The notes under the pieces are model-generated. The model was not told where the DNA came from, ran no database searches, and saw only the letters and a program-made list of their open reading frames with translations. This document shows positions 1 to 9,781 of a DNA stretch of 64,000 nt, piece by piece; positions within the stretch are counted from its first letter, which is position 1, and each line of letters opens with the position of its first letter. The DNA is from a virus. Both the position numbers and the translations under genes were made by a program. Location of the stretch: IMG/VR virus record IMGVR_UViG_3300046694_000202, positions 1 through 64,000 of that record; one strand, 5' to 3'.

Positions 1-860
1 TCCTCGGTCGGCGTCGTGCAGACCTTCTCCAGCGCCGCGTCGAGCTGCGCGCTGCGCTCGCCCTGCGGACGCAGACAAACCTGCTGATCCCACTCCACGC
101 GGGTGAGCCAGTCGTAGGCATAGAAGCGCAGCGCCGAGCGGTCAGCGCCCTCTTTCTTCGACTTCATCGTGGCCGAGTACGACGGGTGCTTGGCTGACGG
201 ATCCACAATGTGGATCATCGCCTCGCCGTCTAGCACCATCGGCTGATCACCGACCAGCTCTTGGCGCAGGGCCTGCATCTCGCCGTCGAACAGCCCGCCG
301 ATCCAGTACGTCTGGTCGAGGCCGTCGCGCGAGTAACCAACCACTGGTCGGCCGGGTGTGATGAAGACCGTCGTGCGCTGGCCATCCATCTTGAATTCGA
401 TCTGTGCCGGGAACTTCGGGTCGTGGTCGCCGTACTTCTCGGCCAGCATGATGTCGAACACCGGGATCAAGCCGGGAAAGACCTTATTGATTTCGGTCGC
501 GCCGATGCCGATACGCAGATTCTTGCGCAGCACAGCCGCAAGGTTCTCGGCGGTCTCGGTGGTGTACTGGCTCAGCGTCTGGGTGATCGCAGTCAGCGCG
601 CGCTTGCCAGTGAACTGGCGCGTCGACAGTGACAGCAGGAGCTGCACGAAATGCTGGCCTTCGTCGATGTCGGCAGCGGCGGTCACGTGCGGCATGTCGA
701 AGTCCTTCACGCCATACGTCACGAACGGGGTGAGCGCGGCGACCAGCATCTTCTTCGCGAACTCTTCCGGGTCCGCGCCGAGCTTGGTCAAAGCTTCCGT
801 CCTCTCGATCTTGCTGTTGGTGGCCTTGCACTCAGCCATCAGTCGGTTAAAGCGTCTCAT
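1..860 (-). CDS. ATP-dependent DNA ligase (3' part runs off the window)
   Basis: Manual translation from ATG at 860 (ATGA overlap with the polymerase stop): MRRFNRLMAECKATNSK...LRKNLRIGIG...IEFKMDGQR, containing the KxDG adenylation motif (Lys codon 390-392, in frame). Absent from the ORF track because it is truncated. Confidence 0.9.
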   Translation of the reverse strand, partial: MRRFNRLMAECKATNSKIERTEALTKLGADPEEFAKKMLVAALTPFVTYGVKDFDMPHVTAAADIDEGQHFVQLLLSLSTRQFTGKRALTAITQTLSQYTTETAENLAAVLRKNLRIGIGATEINKVFPGLIPVFDIMLAEKYGDHDPKFPAQIEFKMDGQRTTVFITPGRPVVGYSRDGLDQTYWIGGLFDGEMQALRQELVGDQPMVLDGEAMIHIVDPSAKHPSYSATMKSKKEGADRSALRFYAYDWLTRVEWDQQVCLRPQGERSAQLDAALEKVCTTPTE

Positions 861-3577
861 GCTGTTGCTTCCTCTTCTTGCTCGACGGGCATCCCGTCAA
901 GGATGTAGTCCAAAATCGCCTTGCGTTCTTCCCGCGTGGCACGTTTGCCGTAGCGGTCCTCGGAGATGCAAGGCAACCCCTTCTGCATTTCCATCAGTTC
1001 AACCTGCCCGTTCGTCGAAGACTTCGGGTTCCACGCCTGCAAGGTCTTGCCGATCGCAAGCGACGAGTCGAGCTTCAGGTTCTTCATCAGGCCCGCGTCG
1101 TCGATCATCACTTCATAGAAGTCGTCGCAGAAGTCGATCACCTGTGAGCGCGGTACGCTGTAGATCAACTCGTCATGCACGAGCAGATAGAAGCGAGCGC
1201 GGTAACCCTTGCTGCGAATCATGTCGTCCATGCGGATCATGGCGCGCTTCGCGAGCGACCCACCGAGGCCCTGCACCTTCGCGTTCACACACTGGTTACC
1301 AGCTCGGCGGTTGATCTTCTTGATCACCAGCTCGCCGAACGCTGCGATGCCGGGGTCGCGGTAAGTGTCGAACTTCATCCGCATGACGTTGACCCACTCG
1401 GTCGTCGCTTCGAACCGGTCGCGGCGATGGTGGTCGGGCAGCTCGACGTAGCCCAGCTCGCGCGCTTCGTTGATCGTGGTGACACGCCACTCTTCAGCGA
1501 CCGAGAACGTAGTCCGGTACTTCTCGACCATCTCCCACATGAAGTCGCTCGACCAGCCCAGCGCTTCGCCAGTCGTGCCCAATGCCCCGCTGTACCAGTA
1601 CCCGAAGTTCGCGGGCTTGCCGATGTCGGTTCGCAGTTGCTTCTTGTTCGGGTTGTTCTCGTACTCTTCGTCGGTCAAGCCCATCAGACCGACCACGGCT
1701 TCCTTGTGCAGATCTTCGTGCGGGCGCTGGCCATAGGCCTTGCGGAACTTCGGATCGTTCGAGTAATCCCCGATGATCACCAGCTCCACCGCTGACCAGT
1801 CGGCCGACACGAGCACGTGCTCTTCGCCTTCCGCGTCGTCGTCGTCGGCCTCGAAGAAGCCACGAACGTACGCGGCCTCGCCGAACTTGCTCAGCTGCTG
1901 GCCGTTCGGGTTCGAGCATGAGCTGCGGCGCGTGGCCAGCATCGAGCTGAGCTGCGGATAGACGCGGCCCGTCTCCGGATCCACGAGGCACAGGTACGGC
2001 GTCAGGTAGAGCTTCACGCGCTGCGCGAGGCCTGCCATCTCCTTGTACGTGCGGAACACCGTGGCGCCCGCCTCGTAGCGCTCGATCTGCTGGCGCGTGG
2101 CGAGGTTGCCGAGCGTGTTCCAGTCCTCGGCCATCTTCACCGCAGGATCGACCTCGCCCGTCTTCTCGTCGATGGGCAGGCCCGCGTCGACGAACTTCTT
2201 GGTCCAGCGGCGCTGCAGCTCCTCGCGGCAGTCACCGTCGCTCTGCGTCTTGCCATCGGCCTGCATGTACGAGCCGCGCAGCAAGTCATAGATGATGGTC
2301 CGCATCGGCATGTAATGAACGAGGTTCACGCCGCTCGATTCCTTCACGCCGCGCTCGATCGACCATGCCGCGGAGACCGGGCTGCGCACCTGATGGCACT
2401 GCTCGAAGTCGTCGCCGCTGTCGGCCGACATCGCCCACTTCTCGATCTGCGCGCGGTACTTCTTATAGCCCGTCGAACCCTTGACCGGGTCCACGTACCA
2501 TTTGTCGTACTTGGCCAGCTTCTCGTGAGGCTCATCATCGAACGGCAGCAGCGCGCGGATCGCAGCCTTCATGGTTCGCAGGCAGCGCGCCTCATTGCCG
2601 CGCTCGATGTCGCGGCGTGCGAGGACGGCCGGCCCGTTGAGCTTGATGCCGTGCTGCCACGCTTCCGACGCCTTCCGAACGAAGGGCATCTCCTGCTGCA
2701 TGAACGTGCCGAAGACCGGAGGGTTGGTCTGCATGATGAACTGCATCAGGCGGTGGAAGAGCTGCACACACCAGTACGCGTCGTCCACGCCGTACTCGAA
2801 CACTTCCTCGCCCGTCAGCATCCCCATGTGGACTTCTTCGCCCAGCGTCTCTTCGAAGGTCGCCATCTGGTAGCCGAACCAGCTCAGCACTGCGCGCTTC
2901 AGGTCGTAGCCGATCTTGATCGATGCCACGTATCCGTTGTAGCTGTGCGCCGAGGTCGACTCCTTGGCCGTGACCTTGTAGACGAGATCTTCCTGATCGG
3001 CGTTGAGCGTCATACCCTGCTCGTAGCCAGCGAACGTGCGTGCCACGATAGGCAGCAGCTTCTCGATGCCACCGAGTCCAGGCTCGCGGAACTTGTCTTT
3101 GAAGTACGTGTCGGGGCTGTACGCGGTCACGCACATCTGCAGCGTGCAGATGACCTTCGTGCCGAGATCGTAGCCGAGCGACTTCTGCATCATGGTCCAC
3201 TCGAAGCCCGCGTTGTGGATCAGCCAGTACGAGTCAGGCTGCTTCGCGTCGAGCAAGCGCTTCGCCCGCGCCCAAGACACGCGGTTCTCCACGTCCTTGT
3301 GCGCAAGGTTCACGTAGTAGCCGTGGTAGTTGCCGTCCGGATAGATCGAGAAGCCCGTCACAGTCGTGCGGTTCGTGTCGAAGATCAGGCGGGTGGACGA
3401 CGACTTCTTGCCTTCGTCATCCACCTTCATGAAACGGTTCAGGCCTGCATGGCGGCGGCTGTCTTCCGTCTCGATGTCGAAGCCGACGAAGCCAGCAGCA
3501 GCCACTTCAGCGATGATCTTGTCGGCGTACTGGTCCCAGTTGCGCGCGTCGATCAGAATTTTTTGGTCGCGGTTCAC
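857..3577 (-). CDS. DNA polymerase, family A, with N-terminal 3'-5' exonuclease
   Basis: Exo I FDIETED; motif A ADWSAVEL; motif B RTDIGKPANFGYWY; motif C LVHDEL; 906 aa. Confidence 0.95.
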   Translation of the reverse strand: MNRDQKILIDARNWDQYADKIIAEVAAAGFVGFDIETEDSRRHAGLNRFMKVDDEGKKSSSTRLIFDTNRTTVTGFSIYPDGNYHGYYVNLAHKDVENRVSWARAKRLLDAKQPDSYWLIHNAGFEWTMMQKSLGYDLGTKVICTLQMCVTAYSPDTYFKDKFREPGLGGIEKLLPIVARTFAGYEQGMTLNADQEDLVYKVTAKESTSAHSYNGYVASIKIGYDLKRAVLSWFGYQMATFEETLGEEVHMGMLTGEEVFEYGVDDAYWCVQLFHRLMQFIMQTNPPVFGTFMQQEMPFVRKASEAWQHGIKLNGPAVLARRDIERGNEARCLRTMKAAIRALLPFDDEPHEKLAKYDKWYVDPVKGSTGYKKYRAQIEKWAMSADSGDDFEQCHQVRSPVSAAWSIERGVKESSGVNLVHYMPMRTIIYDLLRGSYMQADGKTQSDGDCREELQRRWTKKFVDAGLPIDEKTGEVDPAVKMAEDWNTLGNLATRQQIERYEAGATVFRTYKEMAGLAQRVKLYLTPYLCLVDPETGRVYPQLSSMLATRRSSCSNPNGQQLSKFGEAAYVRGFFEADDDDAEGEEHVLVSADWSAVELVIIGDYSNDPKFRKAYGQRPHEDLHKEAVVGLMGLTDEEYENNPNKKQLRTDIGKPANFGYWYSGALGTTGEALGWSSDFMWEMVEKYRTTFSVAEEWRVTTINEARELGYVELPDHHRRDRFEATTEWVNVMRMKFDTYRDPGIAAFGELVIKKINRRAGNQCVNAKVQGLGGSLAKRAMIRMDDMIRSKGYRARFYLLVHDELIYSVPRSQVIDFCDDFYEVMIDDAGLMKNLKLDSSLAIGKTLQAWNPKSSTNGQVELMEMQKGLPCISEDRYGKRATREERKAILDYILDGMPVEQEEEATA

Positions 3578-4359
3578 AGCAGGAAGTCCTTCAGCACGTC
3601 GTTAAGCACGCGGTCATCCTTCTGGCCGACCACGAGATTTTCGAAGATGTCTTGCAGGGGCACGTCGTAGAAGCCAGTGATCTCCCACATGGCCTTCAGC
3701 GTCGGCTCGTTGTTCTTGACCCATTCGAGGGTCTTCTTGCCGAGATTGAAGCTCCCCGATTCGCTGTCCCAGCAAGGCACGTAGCCTTCCGTGAAGTACT
3801 GGAGCCAGCGCTCACGGTCACAGTGCTCCCATGCCTTCGGGCCGAAGCCGGGGATGCCGGGGATCTTGTCCGAGGAGTCGCCGACGAGCGTCTTCATCAA
3901 CCGCACTTCGGTGTGGTCGGTGTTCTCGTACGAGTCCTTCTTCGTGCCGGTGATCGTCGTGTGCGCGCCGTCGCACACCGCGAGATAGTCGCCGTCGTTA
4001 GAGTGGATCCTGATGGAGTCCGTGTTCGGGCGGTAGTGCCGAGCGAGCTGGACGATCACATCATCAGCTTCCCACCCCTTGATCTCCAGCGACATGCAGC
4101 GCGTGAAGCGCAGCACTTGCTTGAAGAGATCCATTGTCTTGTAGAACGAGTCGGATGCCGGTTGGCGTCCAACCTTGTAGCCGGGGAATACCTTGCGCCT
4201 ACGGTCTTTGGAACCATAGCCGTCCCATACCCAGATGATCGTGTCGAACATCGGGAGCATGTTCATCTCGAACAGCACATCGCGGATGGTGCCATTCGCC
4301 TCGAATTTGATGCGGAACTGGTTGTTCCCATCGATCAGATGCAGAGTGCGTTGTGACAT
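3574..4359 (-). CDS. 5'-3' exonuclease / flap endonuclease (T4 RNase H / PolI N-terminal family)
   Basis: LIDGNN, R..FPGYK..R, EADD, SNDGD, and H3TH motif LVGDSSDKIPGIPGFGPK; start placed at ATG 4359. Confidence 0.92.
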   Translation of the reverse strand: MSQRTLHLIDGNNQFRIKFEANGTIRDVLFEMNMLPMFDTIIWVWDGYGSKDRRRKVFPGYKVGRQPASDSFYKTMDLFKQVLRFTRCMSLEIKGWEADDVIVQLARHYRPNTDSIRIHSNDGDYLAVCDGAHTTITGTKKDSYENTDHTEVRLMKTLVGDSSDKIPGIPGFGPKAWEHCDRERWLQYFTEGYVPCWDSESGSFNLGKKTLEWVKNNEPTLKAMWEITGFYDVPLQDIFENLVVGQKDDRVLNDVLKDFLL

Positions 4360-4379
4360 GTGAACCTCAGATGGCGTAG

Positions 4380-4412
4380 AAAAAGCCGCGAACCTTTTCA
4401 AGTTCGCGGCTT
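4380..4412 (-). terminator. Intrinsic terminator after the 4432-5142 gene
   Basis: Inverted repeat AAGCCGCGAAC...GTTCGCGGCTT with an A-run on the left, read as a U-tail on the minus strand. Confidence 0.75.
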
Positions 4413-4431
4413 CCCAGAAGCGCGTTACTGC

Positions 4432-5142
4432 TTACGCTTCTGCGTCGACTTCGACGTACTCACCGAGGCTTTCGAAGCACATCACGCCCCAGGCGTTACC
4501 CGCCTTGTTCGTCATGCGCTTGGACGTGACCTTCACCAGCACGCGTGCGCCGAGCAGGCCTTCCTGCACGACCTTCTGGTAAAAATCTTGCCACTCGCGC
4601 CAGTTGGTCGTCGACGTGGCATAACCCACGCGCGTACCTTCCTTGGCGAGAAGCACACCCTTCGGCGACTTGAGGTCTTGCGTCAGGACGATCGGGATGT
4701 CGACCGAGCGATACGGCTTTTGCTTGTTGTCGATAGCTGCGGCCTTCGCCACTGCTTCGTTCCAAGGAATGCCCTTGTCGCTCTGCACGCCGTCATACGT
4801 CGACCAGTACTGCGCGGGATTGCCCGCCTTGATCGACATCTTCGGCGCGAAGCCGATGCCTTCGCTCATGTCGATGTAGCCTTGGAACTCGGTGATGAGT
4901 TCTTCGCCGCCGACCAACAGACCGAATTCCTTCACCTTCGCCCAGATGTCGACGTTCATCGCGCCGGTCATCAGCTCGTCCATCGAGAGCTTCTTACCGG
5001 GGAGTGCGACCGGTCCACCCGTGGGGGCGGCGACTGCTACTGCGCCGCCTGCTGCTGCGACCGTTGCTGCCGGGGTGGATTGTGCGAGGTTGCCCGCTGC
5101 TGCTTGGGCTTTTGCGATTGCTTCTGCAATGGGATCCGACAT
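4432..5142 (-). CDS. Replication-module protein, possible ssDNA-binding protein
   Basis: 236 aa between helicase and exonuclease; Ala-rich N-terminus and acidic C-terminal tail EYVEVDAEA; function inferred from position only. Confidence 0.45.
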   Translation of the reverse strand: MSDPIAEAIAKAQAAAGNLAQSTPAATVAAAGGAVAVAAPTGGPVALPGKKLSMDELMTGAMNVDIWAKVKEFGLLVGGEELITEFQGYIDMSEGIGFAPKMSIKAGNPAQYWSTYDGVQSDKGIPWNEAVAKAAAIDNKQKPYRSVDIPIVLTQDLKSPKGVLLAKEGTRVGYATSTTNWREWQDFYQKVVQEGLLGARVLVKVTSKRMTNKAGNAWGVMCFESLGEYVEVDAEA

Positions 5143-5231
5143 GGTAATGCTCCGTAGAAATGTATAAGCGCCAGTTTCAGTTTCAGTTTCGTACCACCTC
5201 GCTGCCGGTGGTGTCAGCAGCGAGTACGAAG

Positions 5232-5260
5232 ATCATAGCTTCGATCTTCTAACCATTCAA
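5232..5260 (-). promoter_or_regulatory. Sigma70-like promoter
   Basis: Minus strand TTGAAT (5260-5255), 17 bp spacer, TATGAT (5237-5232), upstream of the ATG at 5142. Confidence 0.65.
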
Positions 5261-5316
5261 TCGCAACTAGACGATAGATGCGACCAAATGATGTCCTTTG
5301 TGCGATTACCAACAGA

Positions 5317-6753
5317 TCACATGAAGTCGGCCATTGCGATCTTGCGTGCCGTCGCCTTGCTCTTGTCAAACATTTCCTTCTCTTCCTGCTTGCGCTGCTC
5401 TGACAGAGCGAAGATCTCTTTTGTCGGATCAACAAGGTGTGCTTCCCTCGACTTCTGCTCGATGATCTGCATGATCCGCTGGTCGATCGAGTCGCGGTAT
5501 TCGAGCACGTAGATCAGCAGCGCATTGGTTCGAGCACCACGGATGCCACGCCGGTAGGCCTGCACGAAACTGTCGTCCATATAGTTCAGAGACGTGAAGA
5601 CCATGACTTGCAGATGGTGCCAGTTGAAGCCCACACCGGCCGTGTCGGGTGACGCAACCACGCAGTCGAGCTGGCCAGCACGGAAGGCCTGATCGATCGC
5701 GGCGCGGCGCGACGACGACACGTTGCCGTTGATCAGTGCGACGCGCAGGCCAAGGCCCTTGGCGATCTCGACGATCCGCTCCTGCTCGGGGATGAGCGCG
5801 GCGAAGATGGCGATCGGTTCGCCCGACTGCTTGGCGTCGCCCAGGTGGATCAGCAGGCGCTCGTCCTTGCCCGTCTTCTCGCCCTTCCCGATCCCGAACG
5901 TCTCGGGGTGCGCCATGATCTGGCGGCAGCGCATCGCGTTGACAGCCGGCGTCTGGCCTTCGAGGAACGAGTCGGCCAGCTCGACCAGCGCTTCGTCTTC
6001 CATCTCCTCATAAGCGGCGCGCTGCTTGGGCGACATGTCGCACAGCTCGGTCAGGATCACCTTCGCTTCCGGCCCGTGGACCTCGGTGAAGGTGTGGCGC
6101 ACGGCGACGCGCGCCAGCACCTGAGACAGCTTCTCGTGGTTGGTCCAGCCGACCGTCGTGCCGTACTCGTCCTGAATCCGGTGGTATCCAAGGAAGCCGC
6201 CGAACGAACCGTAGAAGCGCGGCTCGATGACCTCGATCGCCGGGTAGGCACTCCCGAGGTTGCCCTTGATGATGGTCCCGGTCATGCCGAGGAAATACGT
6301 GAACTGGCGCATCCCCGTGATCCAGTTCGTGGTGCGCTTCGCGTTGTAGCCCGCGTAGCCGAGATGCAGCTCGTCGACGACGCACGCGTCCAGATCCGGG
6401 TGGATCTCCTTGAAACGTTCCCAGTCATCCGAGAAGCGCTGGAAGCCCATCAAGAAGACCTTGGCGTTCGGGTTGCTCATCTGCTTCTCGCGCTGGGCCT
6501 TCGTGCCGTCGATGATCTGAACTTCCTCGGCCTTGAAGTGCGTGAAGAGAACGATCTCGTCCTTGTTCTTGCGAAGCAACGACATCGGCATCACGAACGC
6601 GGTCTTGACCTTCAGCACGTCCCAGAGGTACCACATGTACACGACCGCGCTGCCAGTCTTCTGGCAGGCCGGGTCACTGAGGTTGAGGCAGCGCTTCGTC
6701 GCGATATAGAACGCGAGGTCGGCGATCTGGTGATCACGCAGGGTGGGTTTCAT
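5317..6753 (-). CDS. SNF2-like superfamily 2 helicase
   Basis: Q-motif LRDHQ, Walker B VVDELH, motif III GMTGT, motif V AGVGFN, motif VI QAYRRGIR; Walker A atypical (DPACQKT). Confidence 0.9.
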   Translation of the reverse strand: MKPTLRDHQIADLAFYIATKRCLNLSDPACQKTGSAVVYMWYLWDVLKVKTAFVMPMSLLRKNKDEIVLFTHFKAEEVQIIDGTKAQREKQMSNPNAKVFLMGFQRFSDDWERFKEIHPDLDACVVDELHLGYAGYNAKRTTNWITGMRQFTYFLGMTGTIIKGNLGSAYPAIEVIEPRFYGSFGGFLGYHRIQDEYGTTVGWTNHEKLSQVLARVAVRHTFTEVHGPEAKVILTELCDMSPKQRAAYEEMEDEALVELADSFLEGQTPAVNAMRCRQIMAHPETFGIGKGEKTGKDERLLIHLGDAKQSGEPIAIFAALIPEQERIVEIAKGLGLRVALINGNVSSSRRAAIDQAFRAGQLDCVVASPDTAGVGFNWHHLQVMVFTSLNYMDDSFVQAYRRGIRGARTNALLIYVLEYRDSIDQRIMQIIEQKSREAHLVDPTKEIFALSEQRKQEEKEMFDKSKATARKIAMADFM

Positions 6754-6965
6754 CTTTGTTTTCGCAATCGTCCGAGATGCCAGCAACCGCACATCGGACA
6801 TTCGAATGCAATGCACTCGGAAAAGGACTCAGGCAGCGTGGCGTGATGCGCTTCTGCCTTCGCCCTACTGTGGTACTGACGCTTCTTCTGGCAGGCCTCG
6901 GTGCGCAGCTTGCGGCGATCCTCCTCCGAGACCGGCTTGTCCATCAGGTCGGCCATCGTGAGCAT
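6750..6965 (-). CDS. Small Cys/His zinc-finger-like protein
   Basis: FECPMCGCWHLG motif; overlaps the helicase start. Confidence 0.6.
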   Translation of the reverse strand: MLTMADLMDKPVSEEDRRKLRTEACQKKRQYHSRAKAEAHHATLPESFSECIAFECPMCGCWHLGRLRKQR

Positions 6966-6967
6966 GG

Positions 6968-7687
6968 TTAGGCCCTGCTTCGTGCCGCTGGTAGGTTGCT
7001 CAACGGATCTTCACGCCGCGCGTGCCGCTTGAGCACCGTCATGCCGAGCGATTCCAGCGGCATCGAAACGATATGCGCCTCCTCACCAGCGAGCAGTGCG
7101 GTGCGCAACCGAACGGCGGGCTTGCTCACGATCAGATCCGCGGTGCCCGTCACGATCACACGGCGGGCGCTGTAGCGAGCCTGCTCGATGATCCCGTCGA
7201 GCAGCCGCTGGTGCTTCGGGTTGGCCTGCGTCAGCACCAGCGGCTGCACGTTCGTGCGGTCCAGCTCGATGTTGAGGTCGGCCTTCGTGTAATGCCAGAT
7301 CGGCCGCACGATCGGAGCCAGCGGGCTGCTCATCCGCGAGAGCATGAGCAGCGTCAGGTTCAGCTCGTTGTTTGTGTCTTCCATCACATACACGCCTGCT
7401 TCGTTGTCGTCCTTCGGCAACGGCAGCATGGCCTGCACGAGCGGGTCGCGCGCCAGCGCCTGGAACTGGCTCCAGTGCAGCGGATCCGGGATCGCGGCGC
7501 CGGTCGGGAACAGGTGGTTGCACGGCACGCGGCGCGACGGGATCACCACGAACGGCGACGGTGCCTTGAGCGACAGGAAGTTCAGGGCCGAGCGGCCCTG
7601 ATGCAGATAGGCGATGCCGTCGGCGGTCCAGTGCAGACCGTACGTACCGATCTCGGTCTTGTGTTCGGGGGTAGCGATTGCGTTCAT
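6968..7687 (-). CDS. Hypothetical protein
   Basis: 239-aa ORF tightly coupled to both neighbours. Confidence 0.7.
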   Translation of the reverse strand: MNAIATPEHKTEIGTYGLHWTADGIAYLHQGRSALNFLSLKAPSPFVVIPSRRVPCNHLFPTGAAIPDPLHWSQFQALARDPLVQAMLPLPKDDNEAGVYVMEDTNNELNLTLLMLSRMSSPLAPIVRPIWHYTKADLNIELDRTNVQPLVLTQANPKHQRLLDGIIEQARYSARRVIVTGTADLIVSKPAVRLRTALLAGEEAHIVSMPLESLGMTVLKRHARREDPLSNLPAARSRA

Positions 7688-8085
7688 GCTTTGATCAGCT
7701 CCTGAATGGGTTTGCCGGTGTAGCGCATCAGGTCTAAGAGATCCGTGACGGTGGCGTCGATGTGCCCGTTCTCGATGGCGGCGATCTTGTGCGTCGTCCA
7801 GCCCAAGCGCTCCGCAGCTTCGGTGCGGCCCTGCTTGAGTTCGAGCATACGAACGGAGGCCACCAGCTCGCCGAGGCGTTCTTGGGTCTGGCCGAGGGAA
7901 CGGCGCAACCGCTTCGTCTTTACAGCCGCGTTCTCTTTGTCCTTGGGCATCCGCTTCGCGCCCGTTGCCTTGACGATCGACCGGATGGACGGAATCGAAA
8001 GGGCGAAATTGCGGGCGAGCGACGAAGCGGAATGGCCAGACGTGTAGAGATCCGCGATCTGTTGATCGCGTTCTGCTTTACACAT
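7684..8085 (-). CDS. Helix-turn-helix DNA-binding protein (two HTH-like segments, the C-terminal one XRE-like)
   Basis: RDQQIADLYTSGHSASSLARNFALSIPSIRSI and GRTEAAERLGWTTHKIAAIENG. Confidence 0.7.
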   Translation of the reverse strand: MCKAERDQQIADLYTSGHSASSLARNFALSIPSIRSIVKATGAKRMPKDKENAAVKTKRLRRSLGQTQERLGELVASVRMLELKQGRTEAAERLGWTTHKIAAIENGHIDATVTDLLDLMRYTGKPIQELIKA

Positions 8086-8093
8086 GGCGGGCC

Positions 8094-8321
8094 TTAGACC
8101 TTCTGGTACGGGAACGCGGAGGGGTTCTTCTTGATCAGGGAGCTGAACGTGCTACCGAACGAAGCCGCAGTGGCCAGCGTGTCGACGGTCTTCTGGTCGA
8201 CGTTGCTGTACTGGTACTCATCGCCGTTCTTCACGAAGACGATGTTGAGCTTCTTCGACGCTGCGTCGTAGGCGAATGCGGAGATTTGTGACGAGGTCAC
8301 AGGCGTGTAGCCAGGTTTCAT
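8094..8321 (-). CDS. KTSC domain protein
   Basis: PVTSSQISAFAYDAASKKLNIVF..GDEYQYSNV...A.SFGSTF matches the KTSC pattern; start placed at ATG 8321. Confidence 0.85.
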   Translation of the reverse strand: MKPGYTPVTSSQISAFAYDAASKKLNIVFVKNGDEYQYSNVDQKTVDTLATAASFGSTFSSLIKKNPSAFPYQKV

Positions 8322-8411
8322 GATTTCAAATCCAGGTTGAAAGTAAATGTTTCGATCCTTAACACTCAGCATCTCAGGCGGTGGTGGACGCCAGTCGATA
8401 CCGTTTCCTGC

Positions 8412-8690
8412 TTAGAGAACTGCGGTGATGTGCTCCTTGGTCACCGTGTGCTCCATATGGACGGCCACGACTGGGTGCGAGTTGCCATAGATGGTCAGGC
8501 AAATCGGCTCCCCCGCCTTAAGTCTTTCCAGCTCTTCCGAAGAGGGAAGCCAGAAGGACGAATGCGATATGAAGTCGCCGATCTTGCTGCGCACAACCGG
8601 CAGGGTCTCGCACGATCCGTCGCGTTCGTGGTTCCAGTCAGCTGGGGCACCAAGGTGGTTGGTGGTCAGCGTCGTATCAACAATGTTCAT
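8412..8690 (-). CDS. Conserved-looking phage hypothetical protein
   Basis: LGAPADW...C..LPV...SFWLPS.EEL..L..G..I.L...G..HPVV pattern. Confidence 0.7.
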   Translation of the reverse strand: MNIVDTTLTTNHLGAPADWNHERDGSCETLPVVRSKIGDFISHSSFWLPSSEELERLKAGEPICLTIYGNSHPVVAVHMEHTVTKEHITAVL

Positions 8691-8980
8691 GCGTTCCTCT
8701 TAAAAATTCCGACGATTTCGGGGCCGTCTGCGTGTTGTCCAAAAACGAACTCATCATCCAAGCGGTCGTTGATGCGGTTCTCGATGTCCTGCCACATGCT
8801 GAAGCCTTCGTTGCGCCAGAACATATGCGAGTGGTCCCGCATCGCCTTCTTCAAGCCGAACTCCAGGTACTTGTCCTTCAGCTCAACGAACGCGTGGATG
8901 TCGACCATGAACAGAATGGAGAGGCCGGCATCAACGACATCACGTGGATGCGTGCTGTCGGCCTGTACGGTGACCTCCAT
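8687..8980 (-). CDS. Hypothetical protein
   Basis: ATG at 8980 overlaps the upstream stop (TAATG). Confidence 0.6.
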   Translation of the reverse strand: MEVTVQADSTHPRDVVDAGLSILFMVDIHAFVELKDKYLEFGLKKAMRDHSHMFWRNEGFSMWQDIENRINDRLDDEFVFGQHADGPEIVGIFKRNA

Positions 8981-9198
8981 TACTTCGTGATCACCGTGTT
9001 GGCCGGGAAGGCATTCACGGGGAACACATCGCACTTCTCGATGACGCCCAGCGCCTTGAACGTCTTCATCGTCGCCTGCCACGCTGCACAGACATACGCG
9101 TCATCGAAGTTGCGAACAACGACGCGGTGCGGGCTACCTTCTGGGTACGTCGTGAACATCATGAGCTTAGCTGCAGAGATAGTCTTTTCCGAGGGCAC
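8980..9198 (-). CDS. Hypothetical protein
   Basis: GTG at 9198 preceded by AGGAGG (9210-9205). Confidence 0.6.
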   Translation of the reverse strand: MPSEKTISAAKLMMFTTYPEGSPHRVVVRNFDDAYVCAAWQATMKTFKALGVIEKCDVFPVNAFPANTVITK

Positions 9199-9712
9199 GT
9201 AATACCTCCTTGATGACAGCGGGGGGGAAATCCACCATGTACGGGTGGTTCTGGATGTCGGCAAAACCACGCGGCTGGGTGACGGCCAGCAGCGCTTCAA
9301 GCAGCTCGGCGCAATCGCTCTTCATTTCCAGATCGGGGTCGGCCGGCGCGCTGGCTGCAGCGCTCTTCACGGCTTCGGCTTCACGATCATGCAAGCGCCA
9401 ATGCTGCGGGTTACAGCATAGCGTGTTACTGCACTTGTTATAAAGCCGGTATGACGGGGTTTTTAAAAGCTGTTGATTCGACCATTCGTAAATGATCTTA
9501 TGAACCGGGATACGCTTGCCCTCGACTTTCACGAGGCCGAATGAGCGTGCAATAACCGGTTGGTAGAACGGGACATTATCGCGGTCGCGCATCTTCTGCA
9601 TACGCGGGCCAGAGGCGGTTCGCGCACCGGTCCAAGGCCAACAAACGTTGGGCTTCAGAAAATCGGTGATGCGCCCCTTGATGCGTTCGACGACGGCATC
9701 GAGGTCTTCCAT
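9167..9712 (-). CDS. HNH / zinc-binding-loop endonuclease-like protein, possibly degenerate
   Basis: CWPWTG...VHKIIY...CSNTLCCNPQH; the usual H before the first Cys of the loop is absent (YNKC). Confidence 0.6.
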   Translation of the reverse strand: MEDLDAVVERIKGRITDFLKPNVCWPWTGARTASGPRMQKMRDRDNVPFYQPVIARSFGLVKVEGKRIPVHKIIYEWSNQQLLKTPSYRLYNKCSNTLCCNPQHWRLHDREAEAVKSAAASAPADPDLEMKSDCAELLEALLAVTQPRGFADIQNHPYMVDFPPAVIKEVLRALGKDYLCS

Positions 9713-9735
9713 GTTGACGATCCTGTCAGGGGTTG

Positions 9736-9763
9736 AAAAAAGCCGCGCTTGATGCGCGGCTTT
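9736..9763 (-). terminator. Intrinsic terminator
   Basis: AAAAAA-GCCGCGC-TTGAT-GCGCGGC-TTT. Confidence 0.75.
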
Positions 9764-9781
9764 CTCTACAGCGGAAGCAGC

